A DNA stretch of 63,991 bases, the filler included, from Bigelowiella natans CCMP2755 (taxonomy: Eukaryota > Protista > Cercozoa): the NCBI GenBank assembly GCA_000320545.1. It is 6 parts of 6 records of this genome, joined end to end, with 100 filler letters (N's around TTAATTAATTAA, not from the genome) between each part and the next. Parts side by side here need not be neighbours in the genome. Positions count along the whole stretch, not along the records: positions 12,936 to 39,060 come from ADNK01002522.1; 5 more parts are not named here. One strand, written 5' to 3'. A program made the position numbers and the translations under genes. This document shows positions 14,156 to 26,744 of this stretch, piece by piece. Under the pieces are notes generated by a model, which did no database searches, was not told the DNA's origin, and was given only the letters and a program-made list of their open reading frames with translations. How positions within the stretch are numbered: position 1 is the stretch's first letter; each line of letters opens with the position of its first letter.

Positions 14156-14336
14156 TGTTAGTCAAATCGTTTCCCGTGTGTGGAAGCCAAAGGTTGTTGC
14201 GCGTAAGGTGTTCACAGGCCGAGGCGCTACGTGCACAAGTAGGCAGGGGGGGGGAAAGGCACGTTTGCTTCCTTTTGAAGAGTTGTGTTTATTTTTATTA
14301 AAGATTATATTTTTATTAAATCGTGCACTGCGTAAT

Positions 14337-14422
14337 CATTCGCGAAGCTTTCGCGAATGCCGCCGCACGTGGGGCAGCACACTTCCGGTGTGCTGCCATG
14401 AGTCCCGCCGGAACCCACGTGC
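14337..14422. promoter_or_regulatory. Cluster of perfect inverted repeats upstream of gag (structured leader or terminus)
   Basis: cattcgcgaa-gct-ttcgcgaatg (14337-14359); ggcagcacac-ttccg-gtgtgctgcc (14373-14397); enclosing gcacgtgg/ccacgtgc (14365-14372/14415-14422). Confidence 0.6.
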
Positions 14423-14499
14423 CTATGCTGTATTAATATCTACGTTATCTATATTCTATATCCGCGACAACCCCTTTGTTGTCGCACGTGACTTGTGCC

Positions 14500-14950
14500 C
14501 GCGTAGTGGTACGCGCTACAAGCATGGATGCTCACACACAGCTAGACAGGAATGCCTAGCTAGCTAGATGCCATGGATGCGACGATGCGGCCGACATCTA
14601 GACATGCCTAGATGCGTGTGTGCATCGCATCGATCGCACATGCATCTCAAGATCTGCCACACTAGCACGGTGCAGCACTTGGAGCGCGCCCTGTCCGGAA
14701 GGCATGCTAGCATGCGCGTGCGTGCGCGCGCCGCGTCGATCATTCCTATGGATTCCACAAAGGACTATGCTCGCCATCATCGCAGCTGCTAACTAGCTAT
14801 GCGATGAACATGCGCGCGCACTCAGCCAGAGCTCACTCATGCACGCATCTCTCTGATGGCGTGTAGTGGACATGCATCATTCTACTCAACAAATTTCGCG
14901 TCATGCCCGCGTTATGCTAACATCTTTTCGCAGCATGACACCGCTAGACC
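14500..14950. other. GCTAGC/GCATGC-rich island flanking the retroelement and the 3' end of the EF-hand gene
   Basis: cctagctagctagatg, catctagacatgcctag, gcatgctagcatgcgcg. Confidence 0.7.
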
Positions 14951-15009
14951 GATATGCTGAGTTGAATCAGCACCAAAACAGCAGCTTTAATGATAGGGAT
15001 TACATTTAC

Positions 15010-16833
15010 CTATTTTTCTTGCTCTTCCTTGACTTTTTCCTCGTCATTTGGCTCCCCTTTTGCCTCTTCTTCATCGACTCCTGCCTCTATCTTCTTTTCG
15101 TTCCAATTGACTATTTTGACGACATCTAGAATTGCGACCAAAAGATTTGAAACCATAGCTACCACCTTATCGTACTCATCAGTTTTCGGCTTAATTCCCA
15201 CGGTTACAGCGAAGAATCCACCCATATCTGCTGGCAATTTCAGGAGATCACGCTTCATTATGTAATCCATTCCATCTTTTGCCAAGTCTTGCGCTCTTTC
15301 CACAGCTTTTGCAAATCGTTTTTTTAATTCCTGGGCACGAGCACTTTGCATTACTTCATTTGCGGCATCCTTCATCGGCTTAACGCGCTGGGACAAGAAA
15401 GTCTTCAGCACATCCACCTTCTCCTCGAGATTGTTCATAGCAGGTGCAACCTGGTTATCGTATCCTTCTTTCAAGAGCCCTTCAGCATACTTGATCAAGT
15501 TAGGTCCGATAAGCTTTTCAGCACGCTCCTTGGCGTCGCTTAGCCCACTGAAAGCTTTTTGTACCAATCGCTTGGAGACCGTCTTAGCGACGAGGCTAAG
15601 AGAGACATCATCAGTTACCTTCTTCAGATCCACAGCCTCGTTATCCTCCCCTTCTGGCAAAACATAATCTACTGTTTTTAGGGTACGTTGAAGAGCTGCA
15701 GTATACGGATCTGCAACGAACTTGCGAACTAAAGCTTTGCCCATAATTGCGAAATCTGTTAATGTAAGCTTTGAGTCTCCATCCATGTCCATCGCTTTGA
15801 CAATACGCTCTAGATCTTCTGTAACAACTTTCTCGGCACCCTCATAGAATTCCATTACAAATGGCGCCATGCGGGCATCATAATATTCAGTCATCCGTGT
15901 CTTGACTTCCTGGTGGAATTGTTCGCACGACACTTTAAGACCTTTCTCCTCGGCTACCTTACGATATCTGTAGTAGAGTTGCAAGAGGCCTTTGTAAGCG
16001 GTGATGGCTGGGCGGATACGGTTCTGAAAAACTTTGACCACTTTTTCCTCCCAAACTGGCTTGAGAGCTGTAAGAAGCTCCTCAACGGAAATATATCCAT
16101 CACCATTAGAGTCGATGCGCTTGTACTCAGCCAGAGACTGTGCATAAAATTCCTTAGCAGGGCCTTCTAGGTTCGAGTCCCAAGACTCTTTCATGTATGT
16201 CTGTAGACTCTCGACGTACTCCTCCGATGTCATCTCATGAATGCTCTTGCGCGCCTCCTTGGCAACATCAACCATCTTCTTGAAAGCTTCGGCTGCAGCC
16301 TCGTTAAATTGCGCAACCAGTGCCTCCGGGGTAATGTTATCAGGATTCAGAATCTCATCAACCTTATCAAACCATTGAGGTTTCACCACAAGGCCACGCC
16401 AGATATTCAAGGGTGCACTGGTAGCCTCTGCGACTGAGATTTTACCATCTCCGTCAACATCTACAATCTTGTAGACGTCTGCACCGACCTTTAGGGCGGT
16501 CGTGTAGGCGTAAGAGATGAGAGGATCAACACGACCGACAATTTTCTTGTCAACCGTGGTGAGGAGGGGGACGAAGAACGGGTTCGCCAAGGAATCAAAG
16601 GTATCAATGCCAAACTTGAGGATACTGCTAGATGATTTAACCTTGGACTTAATCGACTCAATTAGCGCAGTGGTATCTTCCACACGCTTGTGGATCAACT
16701 TTCCGGCTTTGAGATCTTCGTCGACATCAGATACAGTAGGAAAAAGATGCCATGACGGAACACCTACAGACTTCATTTCATCTTGTTTTGCCTCCATTAC
16801 TGCCGGGTCAGCGGTCTTGTTTTGCTCAGGCAT
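15010..16833 (-). CDS. Intronless EF-hand protein with perilipin-like (lipid-droplet) segments, ~607 aa (in-frame upstream ATG at 16902)
   Basis: Three dispersed EF-hand loops: DVDGDGKISVAE, DSNGDGYISVEE and DMDGDSKLTLTD. TVDYVLP and SKRLVQKAFSGLSDAKERAEK...NLIKYA recall perilipin LVD.YLP and KL..RAY..AL..VK.AK...HLIEFA. Confidence 0.7.
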   Translation of the reverse strand: MPEQNKTADPAVMEAKQDEMKSVGVPSWHLFPTVSDVDEDLKAGKLIHKRVEDTTALIESIKSKVKSSSSILKFGIDTFDSLANPFFVPLLTTVDKKIVGRVDPLISYAYTTALKVGADVYKIVDVDGDGKISVAEATSAPLNIWRGLVVKPQWFDKVDEILNPDNITPEALVAQFNEAAAEAFKKMVDVAKEARKSIHEMTSEEYVESLQTYMKESWDSNLEGPAKEFYAQSLAEYKRIDSNGDGYISVEELLTALKPVWEEKVVKVFQNRIRPAITAYKGLLQLYYRYRKVAEEKGLKVSCEQFHQEVKTRMTEYYDARMAPFVMEFYEGAEKVVTEDLERIVKAMDMDGDSKLTLTDFAIMGKALVRKFVADPYTAALQRTLKTVDYVLPEGEDNEAVDLKKVTDDVSLSLVAKTVSKRLVQKAFSGLSDAKERAEKLIGPNLIKYAEGLLKEGYDNQVAPAMNNLEEKVDVLKTFLSQRVKPMKDAANEVMQSARAQELKKRFAKAVERAQDLAKDGMDYIMKRDLLKLPADMGGFFAVTVGIKPKTDEYDKVVAMVSNLLVAILDVVKIVNWNEKKIEAGVDEEEAKGEPNDEEKVKEEQEK

Positions 16834-17876
16834 GCGTGCAAAAGTGGTGGTGTTGGAAGCGTGTGTTGTGTGTGTTAGACAGGCTTGGGATGTGTGTTGC
16901 ATTCCGTAAGCTAAGCCTTATTGCTGTCATTTTATTCATTTACTAAGAATTAAAAGGTGGGCAAAAATATATGAAGACAACAATATTTTGTTGGTTTCTG
17001 GCTCACATTGCCGATATAATAAAACTATCCGAAGGGTATGCGGGTTGAACATAATCATGCTTTTTATTAAGATGTAATATTTACCAGATTGGGTTTCTTT
17101 AACAAGCGAGTTCAACAGGTAGATTGAAATATTTTGTTGCGTCAATAAAATGTAGAAAAAAATGCGAATGAAATGCGGACATCTATAGAGATCGAAATCA
17201 AAGCCCAGCTTGAAAATAAAATTCAGACTGAAGTGTATTTTCCGATTTTTAACATGAAGCAAAGTGAAAGTAGGATTAGGCAAGGATTCAAGTAACATGC
17301 AACAATATTCTGGTAGAATTGGTCTTTAATATCTGTTAAAATTTCGGCATCTCAAAGAAGTTGGCTGAAATTTCAAACGTCATATTTATTTGAGGAACTA
17401 ATTATTAATCACACAACCCCTTTTCCCACCAACCAGTGCCGAAAACGAGATACGCGAGAGGCTGCGTAGACTGGCGATGCTCCAGTCTGCGTCACTACAA
17501 GCATAAGAAACGGACCAGGAGAGCAGGGTATCACTGGGAGATTTTAAGGAAAGATACCTTCTTCTCCTTCCTTTTTATTTTTCATTTTTTCCTTTAATTT
17601 ATTTTTTCGTAGTGCGAAATTTTAAGCTTCCGGGCCAATTTTCGGAAACCCAGGAAACCTTTGTGTTTTTTCGGAAGAGGATTCAAAGATTAGGCTATGA
17701 TTGGGCAGGGAGGCACTGGGCTCTTTTTTGTGCTAGAAACATCCTAAGACGGCTTCGGATAGATCAGAAAGAAAAAAGTATCGATTTGCCCAGGGCGCCC
17801 CCCTGCGTCTTTTGCATCTTTCGGGAAGATGCAGAGCTCGGTCATGCGCCCGGATGTGATAGAATCTAGTACAGCC

Positions 17877-18834
17877 ATGGAAGATGAAGACGGTAAAGAT
17901 GGCGGGTATGATACTTTTTTAGAACCTCACAGCCTGCTTCTTTTGTGACTGAAAGTTGGGATTAACAATGAATATTTAGGAGTTCAAAGCCTGGCGATGC
18001 AAAGCAAGCTGGTCGGCTTGTCTATTCTATAATATAGATTGGATTCTCGATTGACTTTCATTTTTAGGTCATGTGCCGCATGAAGAGAAGTTGGAAAATC
18101 CTCAGGCTAGTCAGGTCTGTAAGTTGAGCCCTCCCCCAACGAGCACAGACAAGCTGACAGTTTTGATTATTCCTATCATCAGGCTTTAAAACATCAAGAA
18201 ATGGAAAATCTGAAGACAGAAAATGTATGACTTCGTTTTTCCCATTAGTTTTGAAATTCCACGATATATTCTGTTGGCTATACACAGGAAAGTTTGAAGA
18301 ATCAAGTCAATGTTTTGAAAAGAGAAAAGGTACTATTTGGGGCGCTGCATCACATCAACATGATCAATATTCTCAGTGTTCTTTTGATTGAAGGAATCTG
18401 CTATTAATGATTTGGAGGCAGAGAGAAAGGTAGATTCAGTTTTAGAGTGGTCTGTTAAGTTTCTAAACTACTATGCATACTCCCCACAGGCTGTAGGCGC
18501 TCTCCGCGTCTCACTTGAGGATGTAGTACCGAATTCAGCATAATCTCACCAAATTTGCCGTTTCATTCAAAATATTTCGGGCTATACATTTCCGTTTTAC
18601 CGCACGAATAGGCTCGTAATGTGGAGGAAGGGCTCCGGAAGGAACTGAGAAACGCACGGTACGTTCTAACAACGAAGAGTTATTGACTGTACATTCGAGT
18701 TTACCACTTCCACATCGTAATAAGGTTTCGACTGGAACAATACGTGGACACATCGAAGTACCTTGAACTCTCAGCACCACACCATCATCTAAGCTATTAA
18801 ATGATAATAGATTCTTCACACATCATACAAATAC

Positions 18835-18878
<44 letters not shown>

Positions 18879-19079
18879 GTATATGCATATCTTGCGAACA
18901 GGCAACGCTCGCAGGATCAAATGCGCTCCTACAGCGACGCACATAGTACTCTTAAGTCTCGTCTGGCCTCCGAAAAGAAGGTGGGCATCTGTGTTAGAGC
19001 TAGTTCCCACAATAATGTGCACACATCGTGGCCAACTGCATTTGCACTTGAAGCTCATATATCGAAAGGCAGTGCTATA

Positions 19080-19111
<32 letters not shown>

Positions 19112-19578
19112 TTGTGTGCATACGTTAGGTGACAGAATCGGCCCGGCAAGAACTACAAGAAATAATAGACGAGAAGGTTATGTTCAAACGAAAGGCTGAT
19201 AAGAGTTCTGTTGTAATGTGCCAAATCCCTCTTCATAATCGTAGAAATGACAAACCTCTGATGTTTCAAGAGTCTCAATTCCTTTCCTAACACTCTCTCC
19301 CTCTCTCATTCGTCACCCCTCTCATCAGAGGAAGTTGTCGCTGAAACTTAAGGATAATAACGACGAGCTGGAACAGCTGAGATCGATGCTGAGAGGGTAA
19401 GTTGCTGCAGCATTGGTTAGGTAAGGGGGGGAGATAGCTGTAACATGGCTTTGAGGTGTCACGGATACACGTTGTGAAGCTTTTATCTCTGCCTTTTCTT
19501 TTGGTGATGATCTCCAGATATAAGAAGAAGGCTGAGGAATTACGAAAGTAAGTCTCATATTGATGAAGTCGCTCTCCC

Positions 19579-19627
<49 letters not shown>

Positions 19628-19817
19628 CGTGAGCGTGCTGTTTGTTGGATTTTATTTGTTGGAACATAACCCGATCCATGAACAATAATCAGGAAGCACG
19701 CAGTCCAGATGAGAAAGGCTATCCAAAATTCAGAATTGAGGTGCTGTTATGTCCTGCTGTATCCTCTCTTTGTCTTGTTATTTGGAGAAAACCAAGAAGG
19801 TGGAGAAGGAATCGTTG

Positions 19818-19853
<36 letters not shown>

Positions 19854-20013
19854 TGTGTTCAAACGACGGCAGCTCTAGGGAAATGATATCGGACCTTCGA
19901 AAGCAGGTTTGGTATAAACATGATGATGATGACACAATTTGTAGGTACATTGACCATATTTAGCATCAATCTAGAGGACGCGATGTGTTTCATGATGTAT
20001 TGTCTTCATTATT

Positions 20014-20097
<84 letters not shown>

Positions 20098-20769
20098 ATG
20101 TGTTAAAATGCGTGTTTTGCCTTATCTCTAAGGCAAGTAGACAGAGAGCCAACTTGGAGGCTAACCAAGAAGCTACAATTAAAGTAAGGAGGAGAGTATT
20201 CAAGAAGGAAGTATTTGTTATCAGTCTCTTCTTTTCGGTGTTACAAGAAGTTGAGCATGTTCATCGCCTTGTGTGGGGCGGGGATACGCACAGGTATTAA
20301 AGAATCGCCACGCTACTGAGCTCAAAGCACTGACCAAACAGATGGAGACGCAACGGTGATGAGCAAGACTCTTATTACCTCCTCTTCTTCTTCTTAAGGA
20401 AGCGAGGAGTTATTGTTCAGTGTGATGAATGGCTTTATCTCTTATTAGGCATATGCACGATCAGATTAGAGCCCAGCTGGAAGAGCACATCTCTGTCAGT
20501 TATATTATTACAACAACCATATTTAATTATCACCATCTTAGTCCCTTCATCAATCCTCTCCCCCCCCAAGCCCATTTTCTCGTTTACTTTTCCTATATCT
20601 ACTCGAATCTATAATCCTCCTCCACCTGTGTTTGTTGGTTCTTCCCTCCCCATATTCCTGCATATCGTTGATTGTTTAACGGCGTGCGTCAGGGTGACGC
20701 TACCGCTCAATCAAAGGCTTATATGAACCTCCAGCGAACAATACGTGAGGTCTGTGGCGTTGGGAGAGA

Positions 20770-20808
<39 letters not shown>

Positions 20809-20831
20809 GGAGATGGTGGTGGTGGTGGAAT

Positions 20832-20879
<48 letters not shown>

Positions 20880-20932
20880 GCTTTCTTCCTTTTTAAGGCA
20901 AAGATGCGGCCTGTCTAACGTTCATCTCGCAA

Positions 20933-20966
<34 letters not shown>

Positions 20967-21263
20967 ATATGCAGAATAAGCGGTCGATGAGGGAAGAGCG
21001 ACTTGAGATTCTGAAGCTGAAACAAGAGATCCAGTATTTGTCATAGAGATCATCATAGTGAAACATAGAGAGATAGAATTACAAACACACACACGCACAC
21101 ACAGACAGATAGAGAGAGGTGGGTGACTGGGGAGAGATAGAAAGAGAAAATAAAGATGGTCCAAAATGATAATGTGCACATATTCATATGGTAGCATGAT
21201 GGTATCAGCTTTATTTCTATCTTTTTGTGGCTGATTGAACGATATGACCATTTCTTCCATGCT

Positions 21264-21304
<41 letters not shown>

Positions 21305-22065
21305 TCCTATTATTAACCCCCTGGCCTACCCCAACAGGGAGACAGAGAAGAAGCAAAGAGAAAGGCTGGTATACACATGACTATTCTCCCCCCCCCTCTT
21401 CCCAAATCCCCCCCCCCCCCTCCTCCTCCTCCTCCTCCTCCTCCTCCTCCTCCTTGCCTCTTCTTTGCACCAAAATGATGTTGCCATCAATAGGGAGAGG
21501 GAAGAGCAGGACGATACATCATATTGCCACCTTTACGATGATGATGATGATGATGATAATATTTGGAACGTTAGGTACAAGAATACAGCGATTTAGAGAC
21601 GGAAAAGGTCATACCCCCCCCCTCACCAAGTGTGTGATAGCAAGTGTCGAGGATGGAGAAGTAACGACGATTTCTACTGGGACAGCAGAATGGCTGCTAC
21701 GCACACTTCGTTCATGTACAAGTCAAAACATGCACACGTGATCGATTCATTTTTTGTTTTCTCAGAGTAAGTTAAGGAAGGCTTGGATGGACCTTCAACT
21801 GGTATGTACATGCTGTAGCATGTTGTAGTCTGATGATATCTTGTTGTGCATTGGACAAATTATGAGCCCATCCGTTACAGTGTCGATTGATGATTTCCTC
21901 AGCAGCAGCCTTATCGCTGTACATTTATATTCTATTTTGTGCTCATCTGCGACAATTGCCCATTCGAATTCAAAATTCTCAAGTCTCCAGCGTGCTTTAA
22001 ACTATTGCTTATCATCATGTTCTCTTGGAATCTCGCTCCTCGAGGATAACACATTACGATCATGC

Positions 22066-22106
<41 letters not shown>

Positions 22107-22481
22107 GCATCGTACAACCCACTCAACCTCCCCCCCAACCCTCTTATTTCTCAGGAGAAATCAGCGTGGACAGCGCACAAAAAAGCGAGTGAGGCTGCGA
22201 TTGAATATCAAGATGGCAGCATACTCGACGACGATGATAGCGGAATGACAATAACTCCTGTCGGATCTCCAAAGGCTGCGATGATGAGGAGGAGGAGCAC
22301 TCTGTCCAAAACCAGGTACTACTACTGCTGCTGCTACTACTACTTCTTTGTGTGTTCTTCTTCTCCTCGTGTGTACCATATGTTCCAAACTTCATTGACG
22401 TCAATAATGCGGTTTCCACATAAAAATCAGAATCAGCGTCACTTCTAACATGTCGCTCCAAAAGAAAGAGGAGGTGGTGGA

Positions 22482-22525
<44 letters not shown>

Positions 22526-23674
22526 GCATGCCTGTGCCCTTTGCCTTGCCTCTGCCGATATATTTCATCATTTCCTCGTTCTGTCTGAGCATGTTATTGT
22601 TGTTGTTGTTGTTTAAGGGAGGGAAAGAGGTTTCTGACTACTAGCAATCTGATAACAATTAGGCGCTCATCGCATTCCAAACGAAGCTCCTGGAAGAGAA
22701 GGCACGGTAGAGTTGCGTGCGTGTTGTGCGTATTACATATTTATGATGGAATTGTAGTGGTGACGATTTTCATTCGATAATACACTATCATCAGCCTAGA
22801 AGAGCTTGAAAAGGACATTTTGTCTCAAATGCACGCGTTAACAGGGGTCGGAGTCAAGGTAAAATATTGGATGTTGGAAGATCATATCTCCTCTCCTTCC
22901 TCATCCTTTTTTTCTTGCTGCTGTGAAGGCAGTATTGTGCTGATTCTCATCCTCCTCCTCCTTCTTCTTCTTCTTCTTCTTCTTCTTCTTCTTCTTTCTC
23001 TTCTCAAAGGTAAAAGACGCCGCAAGGATCACCAACCACTTGGAGAATAAGGTTATGGTAGAAGAGAGTCATGGCGGGTTGTGATGATGATGATGATGAT
23101 GATGCCTGTGATATGCTCCTTGTGATGCGTGCAGGTTATTATCGAGATTATGGTGTTGATGATAATGATGGAACGTGTGTGTTTACCTTCCCTCATTTCA
23201 CATATCCATAGTCGCGGCAAAGTCTAACATCGGCCAATTTCGTACACAAGCATACATACACGGCACAAAAACATGACTACAACACACGCTACACTCGCAC
23301 GTTTCAGGCCAAAAAAAAGCTGGTGGAAGCTCAAGCTATACATAGGGACGCGAAGGTGTTATGGCATCTTTCAGATATAGATGGAACATCACACACACAC
23401 ACACACGCACATCCTCTCGATCATCATCATTGACAGATAAAAAGGGACAACGCAGAGGCGGAAATGATGCGACAAAAATTTCAACGACAGGTGGGATGTG
23501 CTACCCTGCTCCTTCCTTCTTCCTCCCTCATCCTCATCACCCCTCAAGGACTGTTTGATTTCCTTGCTGTGTTGGTTTCCTCTTACTCCTTCTTCTTCGT
23601 CTTCTTCCGTTGTTCCCAATTTATCAGAGTATTCTCAGTCAGAACTTGGAACTTGAGAGTACTACTATCTCCCC

Positions 23675-23718
<44 letters not shown>

Positions 23719-24284
23719 AGTGTGTGTGTGTTTGTGTGTGCTTCTCTGTCTGCTTCCTGAGATTGCTATCGTTGCCACTGGTGCCGTCATGGTTGTTTTC
23801 CCCTCTTTATTATGACGACGATTTCCTTCATCTAAGCTACTCCTATGCCATCGATGCAGGGAAGCGTATAGAGCTCTATGAGCAGCAGGAGAGAGTACGG
23901 ATCCAGGCAATGCCATCATAACGAGGATGATGATGATGATGATGACGATGATGATGATGACGACGCAATGATGTACCATTTATTCCCTCCAATCACCTGC
24001 CCATTTTCACACTCAGACTCTTGTTTTGAACGGAAATCGCAAAGTGTACGCACGTATTCTTACCTGATGATGCTGATGATGTCGTATCATCTGGTACTGC
24101 GTGTTGGTGGCTTGCATACATGGACTGTTAGGTGAGAGAATCTAAGGATAAGCGTTTGAAAGAGATGGCAAAGAGGGCAGCGGCGGCACAGCAGCAGCCT
24201 CATAGGGTCAGTAGTATTTTTGAAGTACAGCAGCTCCGTATTCAACGCATTAAGAGAAAGAGGGGGGAAACAAGGAGGGGCTGA
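17877..24284 (+). CDS. Hypothetical long coiled-coil protein, many small exons
   Basis: GT-AG-bounded heptad-rich exons such as ESLKNQVNVLKREK, VTESARQELQEIIDEK, KLKDNNDELEQLRSMLR, HATELKALTKQMETQR, EERLEILKLKQEIQ, IKRDNAEAEMMRQKFQRQ. Ends are approximate. Confidence 0.6.
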
Positions 24285-24533
24285 CACTATAACGAGGGTC
24301 ATCGTTCGCGTTCATCATGAAAGCAACCGCACATCCTCTATGTACAGTAGAAATAGATAAGCTCTTTAACTATTCACGATGAGGAAGAATAAGGGCGGCG
24401 TGCATTTGATAGCAGGACAGCTCATCTGACAAGACAACTACAACAATAACTACGACGACCCATCATCGTTCTCAGGCTTTGCCGCGCTCTGTTGCTGAGA
24501 TAGGTGGGTATGAGCGAAATACAACTTTGGCTC

Positions 24534-24571
<38 letters not shown>

Positions 24572-25189
24572 ACTATTTTGCTAACATGGTGTAGTCATAT
24601 CGTGTGCACGTAGCATGAGTTGCAGCTTCAAAACATATTAACATCTATATGTATATGTGTATAAATATATATATGTAATATTATTTACCTCGCTCTATTT
24701 TTAATATCACCACATTCAAAGAAAGGCCCATCGATTGTTTGTAACTTAATCATCACGCATTTAGTCTTGGTCAAGGCCCCTCCTAGAACGGCAGCGGCGG
24801 AGCAGACCCGAGATGACGTCAGTAACATGATGATACATTCCGACCAACAAAATAACAGAGATAGTATGAACTAAATTTCTTCCCTGCGAGTCGTCTGAGA
24901 AGAGGGATATTGCGAATGTAGAGGTTTATAGCTTCCCTTAGTACTACTTTCCGCCATTTTCTTTCTGCGAGTCCTTCGTATATTGGTCGCAGGATGAATG
25001 ACAGTGCATTGTGAATGTTGCGTTTTTACGAATTAGTGGCTTCTACGCTCATTGGAAGCTCAAAGCCTACAAGCTGCGAGGTGAAGAAGAAGATGACTCT
25101 TTGCATTCTAAACGTGGGGGTGTGGTGGTTTTTGCCGAGATGGAAATTTGGAGAAGATGAAAAATGCACAGTGCATAGTGACAGTAACA

Positions 25190-26210
25190 TGACGCTTGCA
25201 CTAGACATGTATCACTCTCATCCTTGCCATTGCATAGGTTTCTTGTGCATGAAGAAGGTTATCTATCTGACATGATAGTGGGATCTTACATGGACGATAG
25301 AACAAGTATGAATGCTAGCAGTGGGTAGGCGATCTAGCGATGGCACTATCACCAATCGCAACTCGCAACATTTGCATGTCCAATGGAAACTTCAATCATC
25401 ATTACATCTGATTTAAACATGAACGTGTGCATCGACACAGCACAAATGGTAGCAAATGCCATGCGCGCGTCGATCTAGACATTACGTTGTGCACCTTGAA
25501 TGTCTGCTGCATTGAGCGTGGCCGCCTGCAACATCGACGTGCTTGTTGCGCGTCGTGTCGCATCGCAAATTTTCGATTTGTCACAGATTCGCAAATCAAG
25601 GACTCTACACACAAGCTAGACAAGGCACTGCAAATGATCTTACTGACATGATGTGTGGTGTTCCCGCACTGGCATGGCCTAGCTAGCTAGATGGCATCTG
25701 CGTTGTACTCCACACGTACTACTACAGCATGTACACCATGTGGTACAATGCTAGCTAGCTAGGGATTACAAGCGCCGGGTGTCGCATGATTGATGCTACA
25801 ACAGCTCACTGCACATGCTTGCTAGCTTGCATCGCATGTGGTCAAAAAGTAATGTGCGTGTTCATGGCAATATGTACACACAGCACACACCGCATGCGCA
25901 TCATGTGTGCAACATGCACACTACGTGCACTTTTGCAATGTCGCTCTTGCCATGCACCTCTAGCACTGCTGGGCACAACCACAACACCTTTTCGTGCAGC
26001 ACTCGCTAGCTCGCTATAACCACGAGCTAGCGCATTGCCACCGCCCACAATTAGTGCATCCACATCCATGCAGGAAACGCTCATTTTTCATGCAATGCAT
26101 GATGAAACCACAACGCAATGATGGCCTTTTACACACGTCTAGGTGTGTGCACGTTGTCTGCATCCGTACTTGGATGCAAACAGAGCAGCTGATGCGCTGA
26201 TGTCACTAGA
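25190..26210. other. GCTAGC/TGCA/CATG-rich island between convergent genes
   Basis: ctagctagctag, gctagctagctagg and abundant tgca/catg; lies between the 3' ends of the coiled-coil gene (+) and the kinase (-). Confidence 0.7.
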
Positions 26211-26667
26211 CAAAATGGAGCGCTGGAACTTTTCTCTTCATTTTTCTGTCCGAAGAGACGGGAGTGCTCTTGCTACATGCGCGGCCATTGCCATTGTTGC
26301 TTGGAAGTTCCCCTGCTTTGTTATTTTCGGCATTTCTCGATAACGGTAACGACGCCGATGCTGATGGGGCTGTCCTGTTTCGCACCGGTTGAACCTTTTG
26401 CCTATGAGCTGCTTTCTTCGTTTCAGGGGGTAAATCGCTTAGCTCATCGTTCCCGTGGTACTTTAGCTTGTGTTTATCCTCTGTTGGGGAGTCTACCATT
26501 AGCCATTCCATTCTCCATAGCTCCGAACATGAAGGCCGCTTCTCCTTGTCCCTCTTAAGACACACGTGTATGAATTCAAGCATCTGGCTGGAAATTTGTG
26601 GAGGAACATACGGCAAATCCTAAATTGGAGAAAATAGTAGCAGTAGCGAGATAATTACTCAGGCATA

Positions 26668-26744
<77 letters not shown>

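Noticed and set aside
12776-14469. tgtcacg...cgcgaca as LTR boundaries
   Set aside because: No direct-repeat LTR pair, flanks (aatca/acccc) do not form a TSD, and an artificial linker intervenes.
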